Positions 29,506-37,129 of a DNA stretch of 64,000 bases are shown piece after piece. Source of the stretch: Candidatus Daviesbacteria bacterium (GTDB taxonomy: Bacteria; Patescibacteriota; Microgenomatia; Daviesbacterales; UBA10151); contig JACOXD010000008.1 of the NCBI GenBank assembly GCA_016176465.1, positions 7,680-71,679 on the forward strand, in the 5' to 3' direction. The stretch's first letter is position 1. Every line of letters starts with the position of its first letter. The notes beneath the pieces are model-generated. The model saw nothing but the letters and a program-made list of their open reading frames with translations, was not told the origin of the DNA and did not search any database. The position numbers and the translations under genes are program-made.

Positions 29506-29793
29506 ATGAATAGCTTACTAAAATGTCGTTATTGCGGTTGGGTGGGAGGAAAAAGTGATTTTGAATGGGATCATATGGATCCTAAAATTAAAACAGAGTC
29601 ATTTCTGTTAGATTTTCTACAAGGGAAACTTGAACTAATTTGTTCAGGATGTAATAGGCAAAAAAGCGATAAAACTTCACAAGATTATACATTTTGGAGA
29701 TGGTTATTCCCTAGACAGGCAAACTTTGGTCCTATAAGAGCACATACTTTTATGGATACATTGCTCCAAAGAATTCATAGAGAGATTAGATAA
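29506..29793 (+). CDS. HNH endonuclease-fold small protein
   Basis: It shows CRYCGW...EWDHMDP...GKLELICSGCNRQKSD, i.e. CxxC / D-H / N / CxxCN spacing. Confidence 0.55.
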   Translation: MNSLLKCRYCGWVGGKSDFEWDHMDPKIKTESFLLDFLQGKLELICSGCNRQKSDKTSQDYTFWRWLFPRQANFGPIRAHTFMDTLLQRIHREIR

Positions 29794-29832
29794 TTTTCCA
29801 ATATTTTTGATTCTATTTTTAAATAATTTTAT

Positions 29833-29901
29833 GTAACCCCAAATTCCACCTGTGTAACCCCAAATTCCACCTGGGAGGTGGATTAGCTTGACACCTAGGG
29901 A
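29833..29901 (+). repeat. Family B 69-nt composite repeat: tandem 21-mer x2 (GTAACCCCAAATTCCACCTGT), hairpin CCACCTGGGAGGTGG, then TTGACACCTAGGGA
   Basis: It is ~87% identical to 61273-61341. It contains an internal direct repeat plus a perfect 6-bp-stem GC hairpin. Confidence 0.8.
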
Positions 29902-29950
29902 TTTAAGAATTTTTTGAGGCTGTTTTGGATGAGTACATATTATAATACTT

Positions 29951-30150
29951 TTATGGCAATTGATTGGACAAACATTTATAAAAAATATAAGGGCCTTTGG
30001 GTGGCATTAAGAGAAGATGAGATAACTGTAGTTTCCTCTGGGAAAAATGCAAAAGAAGCTTGGGAAAAAGCACAAAAAATGGGCTTTAAAAAACCAATAT
30101 TAATGAATGTGCCTAAAAATTTAACTTATTTTGTCACTGGAACTTATTAA
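29951..30150 (+). CDS. Small DUF5678-like protein
   Basis: MAIDWTNIYKKYKGLWVALREDEITVVSSGKNAKEAWEKAQKMGFKKPILMNVP fits the pattern of small K-G-x-WVAL...VV..G...E...A...G...P proteins. The track ORF starts at a TTG at 29914; the ATG at 29951 is more likely. Confidence 0.4.
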
Positions 30151-30186
30151 TCTTCGACAATATCTCTCATAATTTGTGCTAAAAAA

Positions 30187-30195
30187 TGCTAGAAT
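30187..30195 (+). promoter_or_regulatory. Extended -10 promoter element TGCTAGAAT upstream of glyS, followed by a leader hairpin (aatgtcattctga...tcaggatgacaat)
   Basis: A TGnTAnAAT match lies ~85 nt upstream of the glyS ATG. The leader contains an imperfect 11-bp inverted repeat. Confidence 0.3.
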
Positions 30196-30275
30196 GAAAG
30201 GAATGTCATTCTGACACGTAAGTGAAGAATCTAATTAGATCCTTCGGCCAGAGCCTCAGGATGACAATATAAAAT

Positions 30276-31613
30276 ATGGATGATAACAAGCAAGATTTAA
30301 TGGAAAAAATTGTAGCTTTATGTAAGAGAAGGGGATTTATTTATCCTGGATCTGAAATTTATGGTGGTTTAGCAAATTCTTGGGACTATGGACCTTTAGG
30401 AGTGGAACTAAAAAATAATATTAAAAACCTTTGGTGGAAAAAGTTTGTACAAGGCAGAGATGATATTGTTGGAATTGATGCTTCTTTAATAATGAATCCA
30501 AAAGTTTGGGAAGCGAGTGGACATCTAGAAAATTTTACTGACCCTTTGGTTGAGTGTAAAGTTTGTCATCAACGTTTCAGGGCTGATGAGATAGAAGATG
30601 CTTGCCCGAATTGCGGAGAGAAAAATTCTTTTACAGAGACGAAGGTTTTTAATTTGATGTTCAAAACTTTCGTTGGTCCTGCCCAAGAAACTTCAAATGT
30701 TGCTTATTTTAGACCAGAAACAGCTCAGGCTATGTTTGTGGATTTTAAAAATGTGATTGATTCAACTAGAGTTAGACTTCCCTTTGGGATTGCTCAAATT
30801 GGAAAAGCTTTTAGAAATGAAATAACCCCAGGGAATTTTATTTTTAGGACTAGAGAGTTTGAGCTGATGGAAATTGAATATTTTATAAGAGTTCCAAAAT
30901 CAGATAAGGAATGGCAAAAAGAGTTTGAAAAATGGAAAGAAATGATGTGGAGTTGGATTGTGAATGATCTGGGAATTGATAAAACTAAAGTTCATGAACT
31001 AGAAGTGCCGGATGCAGAGCGTGCCCATTATTCCAAACGCACCATAGATTTTGAATATGATTTTCCTTTTGGTAGAAAAGAACTTTATGGGTTAGCATAT
31101 AGAACTGATTTTGACTTAAAGAATCATCAAGAATTCAGTGGCCAAAATCTAAAGTATAGAGATCCAGAGGCAGGTGAGGAGTTTTGGCCGCATGTAATAG
31201 AACCAGCGTTGGGGGTAGAGAGATCAGTTCTGGTTGTACTGGTCGATTCATATCGAGAAGATGAAGGAAGGGTGTATCTTAAACTTCCGGCCAAATTGGC
31301 TCCCTATAAAGCCGCTATATTTCCACTTTTAGGCAATAAACCAGAACTAATTGAGGTTGCTAGAAAAATTTATCTGGATTTAAGAAAAGAATTTATGGTA
31401 GCCTGGGATGACAGGGGAAATATAGGAAAGCGTTATGCAAGCCAGGATGAAATAGGAACACCCTACTGCATAACTGTTGATTTTGATTCACTAGAAGATG
31501 GCGCAGTAACTGTTAGGGATAGAGATAGCACTAAACAAGAAAGAGTTAAAATCCAAGAATTGAAAAATTACTTACTATCTTTTATAAATACTGAAAAATG
31601 TTTTACTTCGTAA
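30276..31613 (+). CDS. glyQS: Glycine--tRNA ligase (alpha2 type)
   Basis: It is 445 aa. The N-terminal GFIYPGSEIYGGLANSWDYGPLGVELKNNI and class II motifs are present. Confidence 0.85.
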   Translation: MDDNKQDLMEKIVALCKRRGFIYPGSEIYGGLANSWDYGPLGVELKNNIKNLWWKKFVQGRDDIVGIDASLIMNPKVWEASGHLENFTDPLVECKVCHQRFRADEIEDACPNCGEKNSFTETKVFNLMFKTFVGPAQETSNVAYFRPETAQAMFVDFKNVIDSTRVRLPFGIAQIGKAFRNEITPGNFIFRTREFELMEIEYFIRVPKSDKEWQKEFEKWKEMMWSWIVNDLGIDKTKVHELEVPDAERAHYSKRTIDFEYDFPFGRKELYGLAYRTDFDLKNHQEFSGQNLKYRDPEAGEEFWPHVIEPALGVERSVLVVLVDSYREDEGRVYLKLPAKLAPYKAAIFPLLGNKPELIEVARKIYLDLRKEFMVAWDDRGNIGKRYASQDEIGTPYCITVDFDSLEDGAVTVRDRDSTKQERVKIQELKNYLLSFINTEKCFTS

Positions 31614-31746
31614 TAAAATTACTCTTGCATTAGTTTTAGCAATCCTACTTATTTTAAGTGGGGGAGTAGCTGCTTATTTTAAGTTTTTTTACAAAGAAGT
31701 CCCTGAGATAATCCAAGAAGTTCCTTTAACTTTTAACCCAGAAGGT

Positions 31747-32466
31747 GTGTATGCTATTTTAACTCCTCGTAAGGATGGAGTGGCAATTGATCTATCAGCG
31801 AGGCGGATTTCCCAATATAACGCTATCTCTTATAATTTACCTTACTTTGATAAAGGAGGAATTCAAAGAGCTGCAGGTGATTTGGAAACTTGGATAGAAA
31901 TTAAAAAAGGACAGAGTGAATTTAAACAGGAAAATTTACTGGGTAGCTGCTCTCAAGGATTTACCTCAGGTAAAGCACACTGTGTGTTTGATGAAAATGT
32001 AGAAAATGGAACTTTAGTGGTTAGATTTAAAGAGCCAAAAAATAAAGAAAATATTGCTAAAGTTTATAAATATACTACTTTATGGCATCTGCAAGCACCT
32101 GATGTGGCTTTGGGAAAAATAACATCAAATGATGAGAGGTTTATGTATGAGACAGATGTACCAAGAACTGATCTTGTTAATATTGCCTATACTTTAGTTC
32201 ATGAAATCTCAGCAGCTCCTAAATTACCTGAAGGGAAAAAAGTGGTTGGAAAAGTTTATAACTTTGCAATTCCTATTGCCAAAAAATTCCCTGCGGGTGA
32301 TATAACTATTAGTTTGACTGATGATCCTCCTCCTTTAGTAAATATTGCCTTATTTATGGAGGCAAAAAATAATTGGGAGTTACTAGATACAACTGTAAAT
32401 GGTAAAAAACTGACTGCTAAAGCTCCTCAGTCTGGTATATTTAGTGTTTTATCGGATGATAAATAA
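31747..32466 (+). CDS. Hypothetical protein; the reading frame is open upstream and encodes a TM helix, but has no canonical start codon there
   Basis: The track start is the GTG at 31747. The in-frame upstream segment 31621-31746 encodes TLALVLAILLILSGGVAAYFKFF, with no ATG, GTG or TTG after the stop at ~31585. Confidence 0.4.
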   Translation: MYAILTPRKDGVAIDLSARRISQYNAISYNLPYFDKGGIQRAAGDLETWIEIKKGQSEFKQENLLGSCSQGFTSGKAHCVFDENVENGTLVVRFKEPKNKENIAKVYKYTTLWHLQAPDVALGKITSNDERFMYETDVPRTDLVNIAYTLVHEISAAPKLPEGKKVVGKVYNFAIPIAKKFPAGDITISLTDDPPPLVNIALFMEAKNNWELLDTTVNGKKLTAKAPQSGIFSVLSDDK

Positions 32467-32613
32467 TCCCTTTTTAAGATTTTCTTGTATTTATTGATCT
32501 AATTTGATACATTAATAGGATATCTTGGCTGTAAAAACCTAACTGCACTACGTAGAAATTTATTTTCAAGTTCCACACAAAAGTAAAAATAACTCTTGAC
32601 AAGCATTTTCAAT

Positions 32614-32643
32614 TGGCTGAAAATGGATATAGATGGTAAATCT
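32614..32643 (+). promoter_or_regulatory. Three direct TGGnT repeats at 10-bp spacing downstream of a TTGACA at ~32596: putative MraZ operator/promoter of the dcw cluster
   Basis: The sequence TGGCTGAAAA TGGATATAGA TGGTAAATCT sits immediately upstream of the mraZ ATG. MraZ proteins are known to bind arrays of TGGGN-like direct repeats. Confidence 0.4.
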
Positions 32644-32654
32644 GCCCAGAAAAG

Positions 32655-33050
32655 ATGTTTTTGGGCACTTATAAATTATATTTTAGTGGAAAGAACAGGT
32701 TGATTTTGCCTAAAAAATTCAGACAAGAATTAGGTAATGAGAGTGTAATCTATATTGTTTTGGGTCAAGATGGTGAATTATGGGGATTTAATTCAAATCA
32801 ATGGCTAAAAGAGGCTGAGGAAAGGTTGAAAATACGGCTTGGAAAACATTTAGGACGGGTCCAAAGAAGGGAATTCTTTCCACAAGCGCTTCAATGCAAC
32901 TTAGATTCCCAGGGAAGATTTATCCTACCCCAGGAATTTATAGACTATGCAACTTTAAATAATGGAATAGTTTTGGTGGGAGCAGGGGATCATTTCGAAA
33001 TTTGGAACGAAGGAAACTGGCAAAAAATGAAAAGGATTTTAAAAATATGA
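32655..33050 (+). CDS. mraZ: Transcriptional regulator MraZ
   Basis: MFLGTYKLYFSGKNRLILPKKFRQELG shows the duplicated MraZ/SpoVT-AbrB fold pattern. It is the first gene of the dcw cluster. Confidence 0.8.
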   Translation: MFLGTYKLYFSGKNRLILPKKFRQELGNESVIYIVLGQDGELWGFNSNQWLKEAEERLKIRLGKHLGRVQRREFFPQALQCNLDSQGRFILPQEFIDYATLNNGIVLVGAGDHFEIWNEGNWQKMKRILKI

Positions 33051-33358
33051 ACCTTTTATATAAATTTAGAAGTTACCCTTTCCTTAGTAGGAAAATAATT
33101 TTATCTTTAATAGTGGTTACAATTGTAGCAGCCTTAATCCAAATCTGGGTGGTAAACAGATTATCAACTTATGGCGAGCAAATAATCTCTTTAGAAAAAT
33201 CTGCCAATGTTTTGGAGCTGGAAAATAAAGTTTTAAGAAATAAGCTAGATAAAGCCTCATCACTAAAGGAAATTAACATTCTTGCCAGAAATTTAGGGTT
33301 TGAGAGCATCAAAAAGATAGAATATCTTCAAGATATAGGCATTGCCTTAAACAAATAA
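33002..33358 (+). CDS. ftsL: FtsL-like cell-division protein (single TM + coiled coil)
   Basis: It is 118 aa with a TTG start, a basic N-terminus, one TM helix and a periplasmic leucine-zipper-like segment. It sits between mraZ and ftsI. Confidence 0.45.
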   Translation: MERRKLAKNEKDFKNMNLLYKFRSYPFLSRKIILSLIVVTIVAALIQIWVVNRLSTYGEQIISLEKSANVLELENKVLRNKLDKASSLKEINILARNLGFESIKKIEYLQDIGIALNK

Positions 33359-33390
33359 CTTCGATCAAGATATAATTTAGTTGCCTCCTT

Positions 33391-35121
33391 ATGTTGAGAA
33401 TTAAAATTATCAAATACTTTTATTTTTTATTTATCCTGCTAATAATTTTAAGGTTGGGCTATTGGCAAATTATTAGGGCGGATTATTTAACTGCCAAAGG
33501 TGAAAACCAAAGGTTAAATGAAAGAGAAGTATTAGCCTCAAGGGGTTCAATTTTATTTTCCGATCAGTCCACTCTTGCCTCTTCCCAGCCGATGTTTTTA
33601 ATTTATGCCCAACCTAAAGTAGTAAAAGATAAAGAAGGAGCATCAAGCAAACTAGCTGGAGTAATTTTTGATTTAAAATTTAAAGATGAAACTTTGGATG
33701 AAGAGAGTAAATTTAAGGAGCTGGATAAATTAAAAAAAGATTTTCTGGATAAGCTTTCTAAAGATTTGTATTGGGTTAGTTTAGGATACAAAGTTGATGT
33801 TTATATTAAAGATCAGGTTGAAAAGTTTAATATTGAGGGAATTGGTTTTGAAGAATCCTCAGCAAGGTTTTATCCTGAAGGTTCCTCATCTGCACATCTT
33901 CTAGGCTTTGTAGGATCAGATATTTATGGCAGTGACACCGGCTATTTTGGGTTAGAGGGTTATTATAATGGGGAGTTAAAGGGCAAAAGCGGCCTTTTTA
34001 GGACTGAGCGAGATGCTCTGGGATTACCTATTTTAATTGGAAACTTTTTATCCAGGGAACCGAAGGTAGGTAAAACATTATCTTTAAATATAAACAGGAC
34101 AATCCAATTTATTGTTGAGGAAAAACTAAAAAAAGGAGTAGAAAAATATGGGGCCAAAGGTGCATCAGCAATTGTAATGGATCCTAAAACAGGCAATATT
34201 TTAGCAATGGCTTCACTGCCTAGTTACGATCCACAAAATCCATCAGGTTATCCTAGAGAATTTTTTAAAAATCCACCTATAGCTGATAGTTATGAACCTG
34301 GCTCTACCTTTAAAGTTTTAGTAATGGCAGCAGCAATTAACGAGAAAGTAATAAAAGAGGATACTAAATGTGATAACTGCGGCGGTCCAATCCGCTTGGG
34401 AGGATTTGATATAAGAACCTGGAATAATAAATATACTGATGGGATTAATATGACTGAGACCATAATTCATTCAAACAATATTGGGATGGTCTTTGTCTCC
34501 AAAAAATTAGGGAAGGAAAAACTTCTATCCTACATTGAAAGATTTGGGTTTGGCAAATCAACAAATGTAGACTTACAAGATGAGGACTCTCCATCGCTTC
34601 GCTCTAAGAGTGAGTGGAAAGAGATAGACGTAGCAACTGCTTCCTTTGGACAAGGAATTGCTGTTTCTGCTTTGCAAATGGTTAAAGCAGTTGGAGTAAT
34701 TGCTAATGGGGGGAAATTAATGGAGCCGCATGTTGTAAAAGCAATCACTGATGAGGGTAAAAGTATTGATATTAAACCTAAAGAGTTGGGAAAGCCAATA
34801 ACTAAAGAAACAGCTAAAGTCATAACCAATATGATGGTTAGAGCAGTTAATGAAGGTGAGGCTAAATTTGTCAAGCCGGATGGGTACAAAATAGCCGGTA
34901 AAACAGGAACTGCTCAAATTCCGGTATCAGGTCACTACGATCCAAATAAAACGATTGCTTCTTTTATTGGATTTGCACCCGCAGATGATCCTAAATTTAT
35001 TATGCTAGTTAGATACACTGAACCTTCTTCATCTGTTTTTGGTTCAGAAACAGCTGCTCCTACTTTTTTTGATATTGCTAAAGAACTATTTCTCTACTAT
35101 GGCATCCCCCCCCATGAATAG
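33391..35121 (+). CDS. ftsI: Penicillin-binding protein / peptidoglycan D,D-transpeptidase FtsI
   Basis: It has an N-terminal TM anchor and the transpeptidase motifs STFK (SxxK), SNN (SxN) and KTGT. Confidence 0.85.
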   Translation: MLRIKIIKYFYFLFILLIILRLGYWQIIRADYLTAKGENQRLNEREVLASRGSILFSDQSTLASSQPMFLIYAQPKVVKDKEGASSKLAGVIFDLKFKDETLDEESKFKELDKLKKDFLDKLSKDLYWVSLGYKVDVYIKDQVEKFNIEGIGFEESSARFYPEGSSSAHLLGFVGSDIYGSDTGYFGLEGYYNGELKGKSGLFRTERDALGLPILIGNFLSREPKVGKTLSLNINRTIQFIVEEKLKKGVEKYGAKGASAIVMDPKTGNILAMASLPSYDPQNPSGYPREFFKNPPIADSYEPGSTFKVLVMAAAINEKVIKEDTKCDNCGGPIRLGGFDIRTWNNKYTDGINMTETIIHSNNIGMVFVSKKLGKEKLLSYIERFGFGKSTNVDLQDEDSPSLRSKSEWKEIDVATASFGQGIAVSALQMVKAVGVIANGGKLMEPHVVKAITDEGKSIDIKPKELGKPITKETAKVITNMMVRAVNEGEAKFVKPDGYKIAGKTGTAQIPVSGHYDPNKTIASFIGFAPADDPKFIMLVRYTEPSSSVFGSETAAPTFFDIAKELFLYYGIPPHE

Positions 35122-35180
35122 CTTTCCAGCCTTCCAATCCCGGTTTGTAAACCTACTTCCAATCCGGGATTGTAGGTTCA
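35119..35180. repeat. Family C palindromic repeat, full copy (tagctttccagccttccaatcccggtttgtaaacctacttccaatccgggattgtaggttcat)
   Basis: It has nested inverted repeats (CCAATCCGGGATTG; GTAAACCTAC/GTAGGTT). An inverted copy lies at 45982-46030 and a partial copy at 23655-23685. It is followed at ~35204-35238 by CCTTAGGTGTC and the hairpin CCCACACCGGGTGTGGG. Confidence 0.7.
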
Positions 35181-35328
35181 TATCCCTTGAAATTAAAATA
35201 ATTCCTTAGGTGTCTAGCTAACCCACACCGGGTGTGGGAGGGGGTTAAACCTACCCTATAGTCAAAGGTCTGAAAATTAAATAAGCTTACTTTAGTTTAG
35301 AGCTTCTACAAGCTATAATAAGCTCAAA

Positions 35329-36537
35329 ATGAAAAGATTGCTAAGAAAATTCTTATCTCAAAAAATTATTAATATTTTTTGGCACCTACCAATGGCTTTT
35401 TTAGCAAATTTAAAGTATGGATTTCCATCCCGCAAGTTAAAAGTGATTGGTGTAACTGGAACTGATGGCAAAACCACTACTTCTAATATGATTTATCAAA
35501 TTTTAAAGATGGATGGGAAAAAAGTTTCACTAATATCAACAATTAATGCCATTATTGGAAACAAAAAATATGAAACCGGATTTCACACTACCAGCCCCAG
35601 TTCATTTGCCGTTCAAAAATTTCTAAAGGAAGGAGTAGAGATGAGAAGTGAATATATGGTATTGGAAGTTACCTCTCATGCCCTAGATCAATATCGTTTT
35701 TGGGGGATTAACTTTTTAGTGGGTGTTATTACAAATATTACTCATGAACATCTAGATTATCATAAGAGTTTTGAAAATTACCTAAATTCAAAAGCCAAGC
35801 TTATTAAAAACACCAAGTTTGCAATTTTAAATCACGATGAAGATCACTTTGAAAGGTTATCTAAGTTAACAAAGGGTAAAGTTATTTCATTTGGGAGTAG
35901 CAAAAATTCCGACTTTAATCCTATTAAATTTGCGCTATATTTAAAAGTCCCTGGAGAATTTAACTACTTAAATGCTCTTGGCGCATCTGCAGTAGCTCAT
36001 AATTTAGGAGTTAGTTCCTCAAATATTAAGAAAGCCTTAGCAAATTTCTTATCATTGAAAGGAAGGATGGAAGAGATAAAAAATGATTTGGGAATTAAAA
36101 TTGTAGTTGATTTTGCTCATACCCCAAATGGTTTGGAACAAGTTTTAAAGACTTTAAGAAAAAAAACCAAAGGAAAACTGATTAGTGTTTTTGGTAGTGC
36201 CAGCGAAAGGGATTTTAAAAAACGTCCTATTATGGGTGAAATCTCAGGGCGTTTGGCCGATATTACAGTTTTAACAACTGAAGATCCAAGAAGGGAAGAT
36301 CCTCAAAAGATTATGGATGAAATTGCATCAGGTGTGGAAGATGCAAAAATGGGAGAAACTCTGTTTGAAGAAACGGATAGGCAAAAAGCAATTGAACTTG
36401 CTCTAAGCTTAGCAAAAAGAGGTGACACCATTGGAATTTTTGGCAAGGGGCATGAGTTATCAATGAATATAGGAGGGGTAGAATTACCCTGGTCGGATCA
36501 AAAAGCTGTTTTAAATGCAATTAAAGATAATGGATGA
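35329..36537 (+). CDS. murE: Mur ligase, assigned MurE by position (UDP-MurNAc-tripeptide synthetase)
   Basis: It has the Mur ligase P-loop VIGVTGTDGKTTT. It is short (402 aa). It is the first Mur ligase after ftsI. Confidence 0.6.
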   Translation: MKRLLRKFLSQKIINIFWHLPMAFLANLKYGFPSRKLKVIGVTGTDGKTTTSNMIYQILKMDGKKVSLISTINAIIGNKKYETGFHTTSPSSFAVQKFLKEGVEMRSEYMVLEVTSHALDQYRFWGINFLVGVITNITHEHLDYHKSFENYLNSKAKLIKNTKFAILNHDEDHFERLSKLTKGKVISFGSSKNSDFNPIKFALYLKVPGEFNYLNALGASAVAHNLGVSSSNIKKALANFLSLKGRMEEIKNDLGIKIVVDFAHTPNGLEQVLKTLRKKTKGKLISVFGSASERDFKKRPIMGEISGRLADITVLTTEDPRREDPQKIMDEIASGVEDAKMGETLFEETDRQKAIELALSLAKRGDTIGIFGKGHELSMNIGGVELPWSDQKAVLNAIKDNG

Positions 36538-37114
36538 AAAAATTAAGCTTTTAAGAGCTAGTTTTGGAGAGGAAAGAGTAAAAATTAACGAAGATTTAAG
36601 TAATCATACCTACTTTGGGCAAGGTGGAATCGCTTTTGGGTTCTATATAGCAACTTCAACTCGTGAACTTACTAATATATTAGATTTAGCAATCCAACTT
36701 AAAATTCCTTTCTTTGTCTTTGGATCAGGGACAAAACTGGTTGTTTCAAGTAGAGGATTTAAAGGATTGGCAATTAAAAACAGAAGCGCTTATATAAAAG
36801 TAGCAGCTGTTAAAGGTAAAGTGACAACTTCTGGAATTGGAGTTGAAGAGGCGTTAGTTGAAGCTAATTCAGGAGTCAGTATAAAAAAACTTAATGATTT
36901 TTTAAAGATGCAGGGTTTAACGGCATTTATTGGAGAAAGTTCAATACAAGCAACGATCGGGGGCGCGATTTTTGTGGATTCAAGCTTGCGTGATATTACT
37001 CAAAAAGTTAAAGTTTGGGATGATACACAACTTTTAGATATTGACATTTCTAAACTTAAAATTTCTACACATGTTGTTTTATCAGTAACATTAAAAATTA
37101 AAGCAAAGAGTTAA
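36515..37114 (+). CDS. murB: MurB-like protein (UDP-N-acetylenolpyruvoylglucosamine reductase FAD-binding domain only; C-terminal domain largely missing)
   Basis: YFGQGGIAFGF...FFVFGSGTKLVVSSRGFKGLAIK...GESSIQATIGGAIF matches the MurB FAD-binding domain. The protein is only 199 aa, whereas MurB is ~300 aa. Confidence 0.45.
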   Translation: MQLKIMDEKIKLLRASFGEERVKINEDLSNHTYFGQGGIAFGFYIATSTRELTNILDLAIQLKIPFFVFGSGTKLVVSSRGFKGLAIKNRSAYIKVAAVKGKVTTSGIGVEEALVEANSGVSIKKLNDFLKMQGLTAFIGESSIQATIGGAIFVDSSLRDITQKVKVWDDTQLLDIDISKLKISTHVVLSVTLKIKAKS

Positions 37115-37129
37115 TAGTATAATGAGGTT

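Noticed and set aside
29833-29874. Tandem 21-mers as a CRISPR array.
   Set aside because: There are only two units, directly adjacent with no spacers, and there are no cas genes.
30196-30275. T-box riboswitch in the glyS leader.
   Set aside because: A hairpin is present, but I could not find the conserved T-box sequence or a Gly specifier context. This needs an Rfam scan.
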